This document shows positions 29,292-44,015 of a stretch of DNA of 64,000 bases, in pieces. Position 1 is the first letter of the stretch. Each line of letters begins with the position of its first letter. Under the pieces are notes generated by a model that saw nothing but the letters and a program-made list of their open reading frames with translations, made no database searches and was not told the DNA's origin. The DNA comes from Chrysomallon squamiferum (lineage: Eukaryota; Animalia; Mollusca), in contig CM022669.1 of assembly GCA_012295275.1 (NCBI GenBank), forward strand, positions 496,001 through 560,000, given 5' to 3'. A program made the position numbers and the translations under genes.

Positions 29292-31279
29292 TAATAAAAT
29301 ATGTTGGTATATGACACAGGCTATAAACAATTATTATCCGTTATTAATTGATCAGTATTTGAAATTTAAAATAAATTTTACATGAAGTAATATTAACTTT
29401 TAAAACACACAAAGAATCTTCAACTCAATAAACAGTTGGGTATTCTGCCAATCCAGACATCTCTGTCACGTGACTGCAGCCTCCTGACGTCAGAGCGAGC
29501 TAACAAAATATGATATTAAGAGGCGCCCTGGGTTTGCGGACGCTAAAGTACTAGATAGTATCTAGGATTCAGTTTCTCCGCAAGAAACAAAAACAAAACG
29601 ATTTTCTCTCAGGAGTGGATAATCCAAGAATTACAAAACGTTATTTGCAGATATTTTGGCAGATGCAGAAAGCGGGGAGATGTGATGAAAACTGCTGTCA
29701 CTTGCAGACGACACGAGGTAGGTCTTGGAGAATTTCTGCTGAACCAACTCGATGACGCCGAACTCACAAGCTAATCAATTTTGAGCCTTTTTATTCGAAA
29801 ACGATTCCTGTAAGCGAAGTCTGAGAATTCGACTGTCTGTAGCGAGTCCGTGAGATGAGATCGGACCGGTCAAACCGCTGGACATATTAAGCAGTACTGA
29901 GAACTGGCTACAAATCTTTGAGTGACAGAACTAATCAGGACTTATTGAGAAACGCGCCTCAGATAAATGATGTTCTCCAATATCGCCAGCGTATTTCTTC
30001 TTTCTCTCTCTCTCCCAGCTGACCAATCTGTTACGGCAGCGCGTTATGAGCTAAACGTGTTTAGGCTCGCGACTGTAAAACTCGAGTTTTAATTAAATGA
30101 CGACTGCTCTATCAGCTTGCCTCTGGTGAACGCGATAGCCCGTGCAGCATGACAAGGCAAAGTTTTATCAGTTTTCCTAAAACGTTTTAACTACAGGCTA
30201 CGCAGTAAAGAAGGTAATTCACTTGGTTGGCACAAACTGATTTCGTACTTGTTGCGTATTCAGCTTTTATCGTGAGAGAAAATCTACGTAGCCGCGGCTG
30301 TCTTCACAAGATAAAGTACGTTCAGATAAACACGGATTGGAAGCCGTTTCAAGGATTATAGGAATTTGTTACCGCTGATTAACAGATAGATAATCCAACT
30401 ATTCCTCTAATACACGAGTAAAAAGGCTAAATAAAAATAATAAATATCCGATTTTCATTCTCTTCCCTGAGGAACTTATTTCACTGGCAGGAACGGGAAA
30501 ATATAACAGTTTTGTCTCGTAAAGAAGTTGTGCCGTAACTAGACTGGGATGGATTTAGTTTGGCAAATAAAAATAAGTAAAATGAAATTATTAGTAATTT
30601 GTTAATATGACAGATGAGTTTGCCGTTTTGACACCGACAGACAAATTCTCTCACAACAGTTGGTCAAACAGTGAAATGTGAACAAGAACAATAAATAAAA
30701 TAAACTGCATGAAATCCAGTGTCGTAGAGCGCGTGCGCATCACGTTTTCATTTTGAAAATTCTGATTTGAATACACGTGTATGTGTGTACACGTTTCCAT
30801 ATACAATTCTCCGTGTTTCATCTATTTTATTTCTATTTACATTTGATTTACTTAATTCCTCGAAGAGATGTTTGTATTGTGAGTGTAACTGATGGTCAAA
30901 GTTGTGAGGATTATACACGTGTGTGCGAGATAACACAGATGACGTACGCGGGATTAGACAGACAGCGAGAACTGGTCATCAACGTCCAGTAAAATGGCCG
31001 GAGAAGAGATTGACGGGTTGTAACTACTTGCCAAAAAATAAAAAAATAAAAATAAAAATAAAAATAAAAATAAAAATAAAATTAAATAAAATTAAAATAA
31101 AAATAAAAATTAAATTAAATTAAATTAAATTAAATTAAATTAAATTAAATTAAACTAAAATTAAAATTAAAAATGAATTAAAAGCAAAAATAAAATCTCC
31201 CTTTCTTCGTCTGTACTACAACTGATTCAAGAAACGTTGAAACAGCAAACGTATTCGTTACCATAGAAACAAGTCAATT

Positions 31280-31910
31280 CAAAACCTGTCCATGTATACA
31301 AAAACTATCTGCACATTCAAAAACCTTTCAATGTTAAAAAAACAAACACTTTCTATTGTATATAAAAACACTCAGCGTATACAAAACCAGTTAGTGTATA
31401 TAAAAACCTATTACTGTAAACAAATACCTATTAGTGTAAAAACACAACAACATATATATATATATATACAATAGCTATTAACGTATATAAAAACAATGAG
31501 TGTATGTAAAAGATGTTAGCGTATATAATAACCTATTAACGTATAAAAAAACCATTAGTGTATACAAAACCTATAAGTATATACAAAGCCTATTAGAGTA
31601 CAGAAAAATCTGTTATTGAATACAAAATCTATTAATGCATACAAAACCTACCAGTCTCTATAAAAAAAACTATTTGTGTATACAAAACCTATCTGCATAT
31701 ACAAAACTTATTTGTGCATATAAAACCTATTAGTGTATACATAACCAATAAATTAAAAAAAAAAAAAAAATCAAGACAACTGTCAAAGTATATAGCAGCA
31801 ACAAAAACCTATCAGTGTATGCAAGAAAACCTTAAATACAAAAACCTCAGTGTATGCAAGAGAACCTTATAACATATACAAAACCTATCAGTGTATATAA
31901 AAACCTACAA
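31280..31910. repeat. Degenerate ~19-20 bp minisatellite
   Basis: Recurring GTGTATACAAAACCTATTA-like units with heavy divergence. Confidence 0.75.
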
Positions 31911-34081
31911 GACACAAGCACACAAACACAGAGACACAAACACACACAGACACACTCACACACACACACAAACACATACGCACAAATACATGAATGCAAA
32001 CGCACACGCACACATACAGACATCATCCATATACGACTGTCGATCATTTAATAGTGACGTTAATGTTTACGTTCTGGTAGAATTATTCTGCAGCATACAG
32101 CCATCAATTTTTACTTGTTGAAACAAAGTTCATGCCACTCTTTGTTTTCTTCGTCTAAAGAGAAACTCATCAGGTACATTAGTCAACTAATTATATCCAC
32201 TTACTTCTGCAACAAACTTATTTTTGTACCTGTTTTAATGAATGCATTAATATTCATTGACATCACGACATATTAAAATAAGTTAGAAACACGTGAAGAA
32301 CGCTTCCAGGAATAATTCAGAAGTGACAAATTATATTCTAAATGCAAAAGTATAGCTTCGGAATTCGAAATATTTTGGAAGAGCTGTAATGTAAATACAG
32401 GTTGATTAATGGTAGCTTCTATAACCAAATATGTGTTAACAGCCAACGTTTTACCGGAATACCAGCAGTGACTGGACACTTGATATTTAATAGATTGTTG
32501 AGGTTTTTTGTTGTATCTTTATTTTTTTTTTATTTTTTTTTCTTCTTCTTTACTGTACTTTGATCATGTACATAGGTTTGCTTGGGAAATGATGACCTGA
32601 CAGGCAAACAATTTGGCGAAGATCATCAATCACATTTGTCTGTTTTGTCTGTTTTCTCTGGAGCTGGACCCCTCTGTTGACCGTTATCTCCAAGTATGTT
32701 TTCTATCTCGTTTAGTTTTAACGGTGAAATGCGTTCACTGGTGAATATCTTCTACACAACTGGACAATAATTAATAACTTATGTCTTCACCGCTGCCAGA
32801 GTCGTTTATTTGCGAATGTTTCAACACAGATAACGATTTACGCTTTTCTCTCTGAAGAAAGCAACATAGAAACGATCCGCAGTTGTGTATTTCCAATCTT
32901 TATTCATTCATACAACAAAGCTGGTCCTCCGAGTCGCACCATAGAACCTTCGCTCGTTAATAAAACTGTGTTGGGATTCTTTACCACGCTGTTCGCTGCG
33001 TGACGTCACGTTGTCGTTGTACGTGTCGTGTTGTGTATTACAAACACATTGCTCTGACCGACTCACACGCTTTCTGTGGACGTCGGTGATAAACAAAGTG
33101 TATGACCTGCACTTTTTATCTCACACACTTCTGGGTGTGTCATCGACTCAAACAGTACAATAATGTAAAAGGTCAGCTGCTTATACGTTCCCAATTTTAT
33201 TCAGTATTGAAACTCTCAGTACTTTTCATATGTTAGCTGAACCGTAACAGAAGTAATATATTCAGTTGTACGTTATAAATAGCTCGATATCTTTGAAAAA
33301 TTCTTGATTAGTCAAATGTTTTTGAAAAATATTTAGAGTCTTAGATCTAAAAAATCTACATCTTCTGATTTTCCAGAAATTAAACAAAATAATACGAAAT
33401 GAATTTTTAGAAGAGGAAAAAATAGTAAATAAAATAAAGAAGAAATAAGAAACAAACAAACAAACAAACAAAAAGAAAGAAAGAACGAAAAAGAAAAAGA
33501 AGAAGATATATATTTTTTTCAATTTTTGTTTTTATTAATAAAGTTATTTTGTTTTAATAATAGTTATTTCTGACCAGAGTACGAGATATCTTTTTCCCAC
33601 GCCGCTGAATGAAGCAATTTTCTTAACAGTGCTCGTCAAATTTTAAATAAAATTCATCTCCTTGTGCTTATCAAACATTTCCTGCGAGTACGTGAACGAA
33701 TACCTTGTGATAGAACTGCGGGTTCCTCATTTAGAGTGAAACAAAAATGATCGTATTGTAATATACAGGCCAAATGATAATAAATATTATTAAAAAGTGT
33801 GAAACTGATATTAAACAAAGCTTTATTTATTTATTTGTCGCAAAATTTCCAAACATAATTAATGAGCGTAAGTGTAAATGATACCTTCTACAATGATTTC
33901 CTTCACCTCAGATATCTATAATAGCTTTAAATATCTATCTATGTATCTATCTATCTATCTACACACACATATTACGTCAGAAACACATACGTCATCTCAT
34001 CTGGTATCTTAGCTATGAAACATATACTTCATCTCGCATATAATTTGATTTAAAAAAATAAAATAAAATAAATATAACTCT

Positions 34082-34518
34082 TAGTACATTCTACATCACT
34101 TCGTTAATAGTTTAATTTTTCTACGCGTAGTACATTCTACGTCATTTGGTGAATAGTTTGATTTTTCTACACGTAGTACATTCTACGTCACTTCGTTAAT
34201 AGTTTAATTTTTCTACACCTAGTACATTCTACGTCATTTCGTGAATAGTTTGATTTTTCTACACGTAGTACATTCTACGTCACTTCGTTAATAGTTTAAT
34301 TTTTCTACACGTAGTACATTCTACGTCATTTCGTTAATAGTTTAATTTTACTACACGTAGTACATTCTACGTCACTTCGTTAATAGTTTAATTTTACTAC
34401 ACGTAATACATTCTACGTCACTTCGTGAATAGTTTGATTTTTCTACACCTAATACATTCTACGTCATTTCGTGAATAGTTTGATTTTTCTACACGCAGTA
34501 CATTCTACGTCACTTCGT
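34082..34518. repeat. 46 bp minisatellite, about 9.5 copies
   Basis: Unit TAGTACATTCTACGTCACTTCGTTAATAGTTTAATTTTTCTACACG. Confidence 0.95.
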
Positions 34519-36823
34519 AGAGTTAATTTGTTCGCCTGTGACAAGTACGTGTCTCTTACAGAGTTTTATCTAATTGATCAGCAATGACGCGAGCAGTGCA
34601 AAAAGCAATCAACTCTTGTTTAACACATCGGTGACGTGGTGGATGTCGTCTGAAGGCGAGTAACTAACTCAACAGACAATTTTGCTCGTGCAGTGTTATT
34701 ATTCTCTGTTTATTTGATGGGCGCTCTTCTGCTTGTTACAAATTGTTATCCAACGTCTTATTTTAGCAATTTTATGCTGACAACTGTTTCAAAGTAATTT
34801 TCACTGATGACAAAATGATGGGAAGATCCGCCTTGTTGATTTATCAGCTAATTCAGTCATTAAAAGAAAAATTTTCAGAATTTTTTTTTATAATTATTAT
34901 TATTTCTTTTCATATAATTTGAATATGTATACATGTTTATCAGTATATGTTACTATATATGTGTGTGCATGTGTGTGTGTGTGTGTCTGTGCGCGCACAC
35001 AACACATGAACGCGCTCAAACAGCTAATAACTTAACCGTTCAAAGATTCGACATAGCTCGCTCATTTTCTACGAGAATCATTAGTAAAGACGCAGTTTGT
35101 GTTTGTTTTAATTATTTTAAATGACAGGTTAGCAGAATCCCAGTAATCTCTTAATTTTACATTTCGAGGAAAATTATACACTTTGTTGTTTTTTTTTTTT
35201 TTTTTTCTTTTTCATCTTTCTATAAACGGCTTATTTTTAAGTTAACTTGTTAAAATAATGAAGGTTGTAAGTAATATTTCTGGTTTGATCAGAAAACATT
35301 ACTTTCATCTGTAAAACGTATTATCGCTAATAACTTGAACACGGGAACGTCTGGATGAACAGACAGTTGGATGTAATGCGCTGATGAGTTGAAAACTCGA
35401 TTAGAAGCTAAATATGTCGATAAGCCGACTGCAGTGTGTAACAGTGACAAAGAATAGTGGATAACTGGAAAACCGAATAATGAACGAATGTAACACAGCA
35501 TTGGTGAGAAAGATAGACTGAAGGACGAGTAGTGAAAAAAAGATAAAAAATAAAAAAATAATTAATGAGTGGATGAACTGGATATGAATATGAATGATGA
35601 TTTAACGACTTTGTGGGTTGTAAAAATGAGTATATTACAGCAGAATCAGTTCAGAGTATATTTCTACATGTCTGAAGTAATTCACATTAATAACAGTATT
35701 AAACTTATCCACATTTGTAACATTATCTTCACTAAACCCGCGGCTATGACTGACTTTTTAACTGAGTTGTGTAAACAAATATTTTATCAGAATGAGAAGC
35801 AGTCGTTTTTTTTTTTTAGGATTCTTAATCTACTGGACTGTTTCTTAAGCGATAAAACATGTCCACGAGATTATCTGTTAGAACTGTTAGTATCTTTGTA
35901 ACATTTTTATTAACGAGAGGTAAAACCTCGAGTGTGAGTTCTGTCGTATCGCTAATCCAGTTAACTGATCAACTCGCAAGTTTTTTCTCTTCTCGTCTCA
36001 TCTCGTACTGCAGACTCGTGTAGCTGTTTGCAATACGAGAAATATGGTGCCGATCTAATCGATTTTCACCACAGCTTAAAGTCGAGATAGGAATCGCTGG
36101 TTTCGTTAAAGTGAATTTGTTTCTACTGCGAGCTACCTTATTTATACGCTGTCTTCCCACGCGCAGACATGCTTGTTGCTAAACCAGGAATTCTTCAATT
36201 TGCCATCAGCATTTCAACTCATGACCCTGGACTACTTTTCCTCTGTAATTCTCTAGCTTCCCGGAATGTTTATTTTCGTGCCTTGCTAATGACACAACAT
36301 TTGAATACTACTTGTAATCTAAAAGCATTTTCGCAGACAAGAGCCGCGTGCGTCTACACCGGGCTGCATCCAGCGCCAGCCAGCGATGACGTAGAACTTG
36401 CGTCAGTCGTTAGGTGCCAGCGGCCACGACGTTCAGAAGAAATATTTTGAATTGCAGATCTCTAATTATCTTCTGAGATTTTCTCAAGAACAAAAAGCGA
36501 ACTAAACACAAAGACACGATTTGAATTTGTTACAAATTTAAACGCTTTATTTCTCTTGCAGCATCTTTGATTTCCAATAATATAATTCCTTCTTCTTCTT
36601 TTTTTTCTTCCTTTCAAAATTATTAAAACTCTGTTTCTAAAAAAAATTAAAAAAATATTTTCTGCGATTCTATATCATCATTTTTTTTTCTTTATGTACA
36701 CAGCTGCAGTTTTAATGACGAAAATTTATTTGCCATATTTTGAAATACTATAAAGAGAAGAAATGTATTGTCTTGTGTACTGAGGAATCATTAGAAAACA
36801 AATATCTCCACCCATAAAATTAC

Positions 36824-36908
<85 letters not shown>

Positions 36909-37467
36909 TATACATATATATATATATATGTACACGTAAAGAGAAAACGTGTAGATTTCTAACATTCCAGATCGCTAATGGAATTAAGACGAAATGATTA
37001 TTATTTCAGAAGTATTCTTTGAAATATTTACAGTACGTGATTTCACACACACGTCGTACTTTATAAAAGTCTGTTAGCAGACGATAAGGTTTGAAATGTT
37101 TCTGTCGTGGGAAAAACACGTGTACAGCTGTGGACAGAAAACTGCTCTGTCTTTATTCTCATGAAATCAGCGGCAGTGAAAACAGTATTTAATGTAAATG
37201 GTGAAATTGTCTGCGATTACCAAAGATTAATTTTACCGATACTTTCCTGCATTGAACAACCAGAGAAGAAACACACATATAAATCATAGATGAAAAATGA
37301 GTTGATTTTCAGATAAAAATCTCGAATAGATATGAATTGGTTTACTGATCAAAACATTAATTAATGAAATACGTTTGAGTAACTTCTGTATTACTAAAAT
37401 ACTGAAATAACCAGGAAGGTAATACAGACGTTTTTATTTTATTTTATTTATTTTAAATTATTTTATT

Positions 37468-37549
<82 letters not shown>

Positions 37550-37572
37550 GTAATTTCATTTTCTTTCTTTCT

Positions 37573-37621
<49 letters not shown>

Positions 37622-38339
37622 CTTTTAAATTCACAGTTGTAACTACATGATTGGGAAAGCAAATATTAAATTAATGAGTAATAATCGATGGTGGGCTGTG
37701 CTTCCTGCAGTCAGTTCATCGTTAACAACAAACTGTAGACATAAAAACGTGAACGTCGCGCTACTGTTCACAAAACTGACTTAGTACGTAGCTATTCAGA
37801 GAAATAAATAAGCGATATATATCTTTCAGAACATGCGTAAAATGTTACTTTTGTGTTTTAAGTGTGGGCGAATGTACGGTTGCCACAGGATATATTTATA
37901 ACAACAAACTGAATACAAGCAATGTACTATTTTAGCTATGACATATAAATAAACCCTTTAAAGTGAATGTGTTTTGCGGTCAACGACCAATGGAAAGAGA
38001 AAACGACTGACCTAATTATGTATTTTAAGTATTGTACGTTAGTGCAGTCAATCAATCTTTTTTGATGACGTCATCCGTGACCTTATTTGTCAAATACAGG
38101 TATGTCAAAAACCATTGAAACTGTACTCGTGCTCAGATAATTTATGAGAAATTTACTCTAAATTTAATTACGGTGTTTGCTGTCTACAACACTAACAAAA
38201 GAGAAACATTTTAGAAGTTTACTTTTCATTTGTGGTGCCTTGTGTTTCTGCTCACTTTAACCAAGATTTATGATCTGAATTATAATGTAGTAATAAGGTT
38301 CTACATTATTTAGCTTGCTAATGATGATATATAGACCTC

Positions 38340-38383
<44 letters not shown>

Positions 38384-39739
38384 TTGAAGAAACTTTATAT
38401 GAAAAATAATGTAGAAATTATATTTGTTTACTTGCTGAAATCTTTATAATATATTTTCTGTATACGAAGTGTTACTGTATAAAGTATGACCAGTGAAAAA
38501 CAACATAATATTGCTCGTTAAAACCACTGATATTAAAAAATGTCCAAATGAAATTAAGGGGATGTTCCAGTGGACATATTGTAGAGGTAAGTGTACACAG
38601 AAAAAAACAAACAAAAAAAAAACAACAAGAATCTTTACGTTTATTGCAATTGGATATAGATTACTGAGAAGACTGGAGCAGTCCCGCTAAAGAATAAAGA
38701 GGTGTACACAAACGATAAGAACTTTTAAAAAGTCCTTAGATTTCATTTTCAGCAATAACAGTGTACGACTACAGGCGCCTCGACTCGCTCGCCATTGTTA
38801 AACACGAGATTTACTCCTGTCAAATCTGTATTGAATCGTAAACAAGTTTGAATTTCTAAACCTGTCTGCTGGGTGACTGTACCACAAGGAGACAATGGAA
38901 AGCTTTTTGTCCGTGTTTGTTTAATCATTACAAGGTATAAAGCTTACAACGAGTCGTTCCATCATCTTTGTTAAAACAGTCAATATGCAGTTCAAATCTG
39001 TTGACATTGTGAAGAGTTAGAGAGAAAAAAACTCAAACAGCGAGAAAACAAAGAACAAAAGACAGATTATTAAAAAGTAATAATAATAATAATAATAATA
39101 ACAGCAACAACAGTAATAATAAATCAACTAAACAAAGATACCTCTGATATCTCTTTACGTTAGAGGATACATTATGAAAAAAAGAAAAAAAAAAAAAAAA
39201 GATGAAGTCAAACCGATACGTGGACATGTATGAAGAAAGAAATAAAAACAGAAAATAGACAAAATTAAAGTTTTTAAAACAATGATTCCGATTTGTTCTA
39301 TTCTTGCTGAACTGATTCAACACGAGGAATTTAGTTTTTGAAAATTCTTCTAGTAAGCTTGGACTTGCTTATTTTTAACAATTTTCTATATGACTGAGGT
39401 CTGAAGAACATTCAGGCTGTAACAAATTTTGAAATTCATGATTTTAAAAAACATTTCTTGACTGATTTAGCAGAATGAATAAGAACATTATTCTGTTTGA
39501 TATATGAGGAGAACGAGATAGTTCTTTATAATTTCTTCCTTGTAGTAATTAAAATGACAATTTCTTTTTGATGTTTACATTTCCCCTTTCTGATTCAGAT
39601 GCGTAATGTTCACTGCTCTTTCTAACCAATTGTATCTAAATTGATTCTTTACTAATTTGACATAATCAGATGACTGAACGAGAGATTCTCATCTCTTGAT
39701 AACTGCTGCCATTTTTGTCAGGATTACGAGGTTTACCCT

Positions 39740-39866
39740 AAATCATACAGAGGCAAATTAAAGAGCAAATAATTCAGCAAATAAATCATACAGAGGCAAA
39801 TTAAAGAGCAAATAATTCAGCAAATAAATCATACAGAGGCAAAATTAAAGAGCAAATAATTCAGCA
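39740..39866. repeat. 43 bp tandem repeat, about 3 copies
   Basis: Unit AAATCATACAGAGGCAAATTAAAGAGCAAATAATTCAGCAAAT. Confidence 0.9.
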
Positions 39867-41372
39867 CGACTCATACCACGGTCTGATTGAGTTCTGCTGA
39901 TGCCCTAAATACAGTTAAATTTTGGTGCCCCTTTTTAACAACATTTAATGCCATATATGGTAGTACCCTTTTCTGTTTTTTCATAATGCCGTAAGTACAT
40001 GCTTATTATACTTAACAGTTGATCCAGAGTTGACTGAACCATAAACCATCGTAAACCTTGTTCCTGGAAAAACACGTATGGGTTTTATTTATTTAAAGCC
40101 GTATTACATGCGATTATTTTGCTTAACGGTTAATCCAAGGTTGACAATTTGTACAACGTTCCATAATAAATCCGTTAATTGAAAATGTCGGGTGCCCCCC
40201 CTTCCCTTCACGCCCTAATCATGCGCAGCTTTTGCTTAATGGTTAATTCAGCCGTGACTGTCGCATGCCTTGTGTCAACACAAACAACCGCCATGCATCG
40301 AAAACGAGGCCTTTTATACCCCACCACCCCTCTTAGTTTGAACTACACGTTCATGTCGTTCACAAACATGATACAAATGTAATTAAATTTCCAGAAAACC
40401 GCAAATCGGTGGAAAATTATCTTCATTATTTGTATAACAAATTTTCAGATTAAGAAATGAAATCTGACAAAAATTCAAAAACTGAAGAAACAAAATAATT
40501 GATGAGTTTGGATTTCTGTTTTTCCCCAAAAGAACAAAGTAGAGTGAAATAAGTAAATTAATTAAATTTAGAAGAAGGAATCATTGAATTTTTGCAAGAA
40601 ACAAACAACAAACAAAAAAAAAATTCCCCTAAACCAAGTATTTTATTATTACTTTCTACTTTTTCTTCTTGTTCCTCATTTTCACAGTTATTGTAAATAC
40701 TTCAACACTGAGAACAGTTTCGTAGCTTGTTACTGAAAACAAATCTTAACACTAATGTAACGAATTAGTGAATGTACTCAATATAAATACAAAATTTCAT
40801 AACATATCATACGATATGACGTCATATATGACATTACATGATATCGGATATAATATAATATAATATAATAAAACAAAAACATCTAATCTGTTTAGTTACG
40901 TGTCTGTTGTTTTATTGTTGTTGTTGTTATGATTATTATTATTATTATTAGAAATATATAGACACTTGTTTTTATTATCTTTTAAAATCTTTCATAAAAC
41001 AGTGTAATTTAGTGTCACGGTCATTCTGTTTTGTCGCGTGTACTTCAAAATAAAATAAATGACCGTATTTTACTAAAATTTAAAAAATGCACATGAGATA
41101 ACAGAGTCATGAAAGAAATGTTAAGGCACTTAAACTATACAGTTTGCAACGTTGCACATTCCTTGGTGAATATTTCGTAGCCATATTTCTTTATCAGTTA
41201 ATGTTTGTATTTACCTTCTGTTGTTTCTAACTGTGTGTGTAGTTCCAGTTTGTTAATTATATATTTTAATTTTACTGATCGCTTCTGCTAATACTACTAA
41301 TAATAACTAAATGTTAAACTACAGGATGTCATTTTATCTCATTCGTGACGTCACTTCGTAGAGAAGTGTTTA

Positions 41373-41414
<42 letters not shown>

Positions 41415-42295
41415 CAATTCTCACTTGTTTAAAGAGTAAAAGATTTCAAAACGTTCATTTATCACTGTGATACGTCATTGTTCAACTCTAACACTATCAA
41501 ACTGCTGTATCTAGGGTGAAATAATATAAGAATGATAAGGAGGAATAAAGAATATATTCTACCACAACTAAATTTTATTACAAATATCAAGATATTTTCT
41601 ATTAACAAGTTATCAAGTATCTGTTACCGTAATGATGGTATCTGATTTCTGCTGCCAGTAAACTAATACTTTTGTTTGATGTTTGGTTTATTCTCAGTCA
41701 TTGCCATGGTCCACTTCGACACGCTATACAGTGTTAAATGAGTTGAAGCATTTGAATGTACTCAAATCACACTCCATTATTATACATTATTTCTTTATTA
41801 CAATCATTTTTTTGGTCACAGATAATACTGTGTTTCTAAAAACAGCACAAAAAAGTGCTCACAACCCTATCTTTGCAACAGATAATAGCCCTGTGAAAAA
41901 CTTAAATTCATATATTAGTTTATAAGAACCCCGTTGATGTTAATTAAGAACCCACGCCATGTTCAAACGTCTAATTTGATCTAAAACAATTGTAACCCGA
42001 GTCTGTGGGTGTCGCACACAACTTGAAAAGCGGCGTACCGCGGTGGCGACACTTAGCTGCAAATGACGGCTGTCGAATGTTTGAAATTAGCAATTACAGC
42101 CTGATTGGACGCGTAATTCAGTGTATGAAATCAATTACTCGTGTTAACAATGAGTAACAAGTCTGTTCCGTATGCTAAAACTATGCTATATGTTTTAATA
42201 GATTTAAAATTTTAAAAAAACACATCCATCAAAATCTGCGGCATGTCCCTTTATGTATGCGTAATTCAGTAACGCACACAAACACACTCACCTAC

Positions 42296-42364
<69 letters not shown>

Positions 42365-43971
42365 GAAGAGACTTAGTCATGTGGACAAATGTTTTTACCA
42401 TTTCCAGTAATATCAACTTATCTACTCTTTCTTTTTTTTTGATCAAAATTTATTAATTCTAGTAGTCACACATCAGTAGTAGTAGCAATTGTAGCAGTAG
42501 TAGTAGAGTAGATGTAGTGGTAATGTTGGTGTTAGTTTTAGTAAGAGTAGCAATGGAAATAACGTCGGTAGCTGTAGTAATACTATACTGATGGTAGTTG
42601 TATTGGTGGTGATGCTGGAGACGGTGGTTTCATTTGAAATGATTAATTTTACTAACGTAAAAACGAAAACCAAAGCTATGTTAAAATTTAGATAAGCACG
42701 CAAATACATGAACGAGAATACGACAGCCTAGTAATGTGAAAGTCAATACATTCTAACACCAGAAGCTAATTTTTGTAAAGAGCTTTCAGTGCAGGTAACA
42801 ACATAAAATCTACACGTAATCTTCGAACAAACCATCCGCCATGCCCTCGCTGAAAGAGATCGCTGTAAGCCTTGATCAGCTTATGGCGATTACACCTGTC
42901 CTCGTGGAGTAGCGGTAAATGTTTGCAATCACTTGCACCAGTAACGGTAAATCTCATAATGCATTGTGCAGTGCTTTCTACGTCACTTGTGAACTAACAG
43001 GATTAGCCAGACTTTGTCAAAGTGATTAGAATTAACCTGGGATGATGATCGTTTTCAATCAAAGTACAGAACAACTACGTTTGTCTTCTGATTTATGTTG
43101 TGTATATCTAATTTATTTTCCATGAATGTAAATTTCAGGTTCTACCGTGTATTTTGGAACTGTATTATCTATTAAACTGTCATATGGCAATAACAAAAAT
43201 GACATAATACGTTACTGACATAAAATGATATTGTCATTTAGCCTAATTAAACTGATGAGACATATAAAACGTATTACATTCTGTATATAGGACCATGAAT
43301 GGTTTAAGAAGTTGTAGGTTACCACAGTGACTGTAGCGTGGTACAGATATTGCAGGTGCCTTATATATAACTGCTATAGAAATAGTTTGCAACAGCAACA
43401 GCAACAACAACAACAACAATAATAATAATACGAAAAGCAGACAGCGACAAAAGCAGATTCAGGCGTATTAATTGCATTTGGGTTCCATATTCAAAAAGCA
43501 TTTACTCATATATATAACATATTTTTTGTCTGTGTATTTCTTTTTTTTTTTTTTTTTTTTAATTATTATTATTATTAACATTTATTTTCATCTGTTTTTT
43601 GTTTTATTTTTTTCTTTCACGGGCGCACACAGAAGTACATACCCCCATCCTTCGCGTTAGCATGCTAAGGGAGACAACGCAATGATAATCTTCAACTCAA
43701 AGTTTCGAGTGATTTAAAGCCGATTATAACGAACTATGAATGCAGAGGGAAGCATTTCGCTTAAGTTCAGTGATTTGTCTTGTACAGAGAAATCATAGAA
43801 ATAATTGAGTAGTATGCTCCTTCCTTGCCTGCTTGACACCGCGCATTTAACTCACGCTACTCTGTTTTGTCAATGTATTCTTATAAGGTAATAATAATTT
43901 AAACATTTATTTCTATCCGAATTTTATTTTATTTTATTCTATTTTTATTTTTATTTTTTTTATATTTTTTA

Positions 43972-44015
<44 letters not shown>

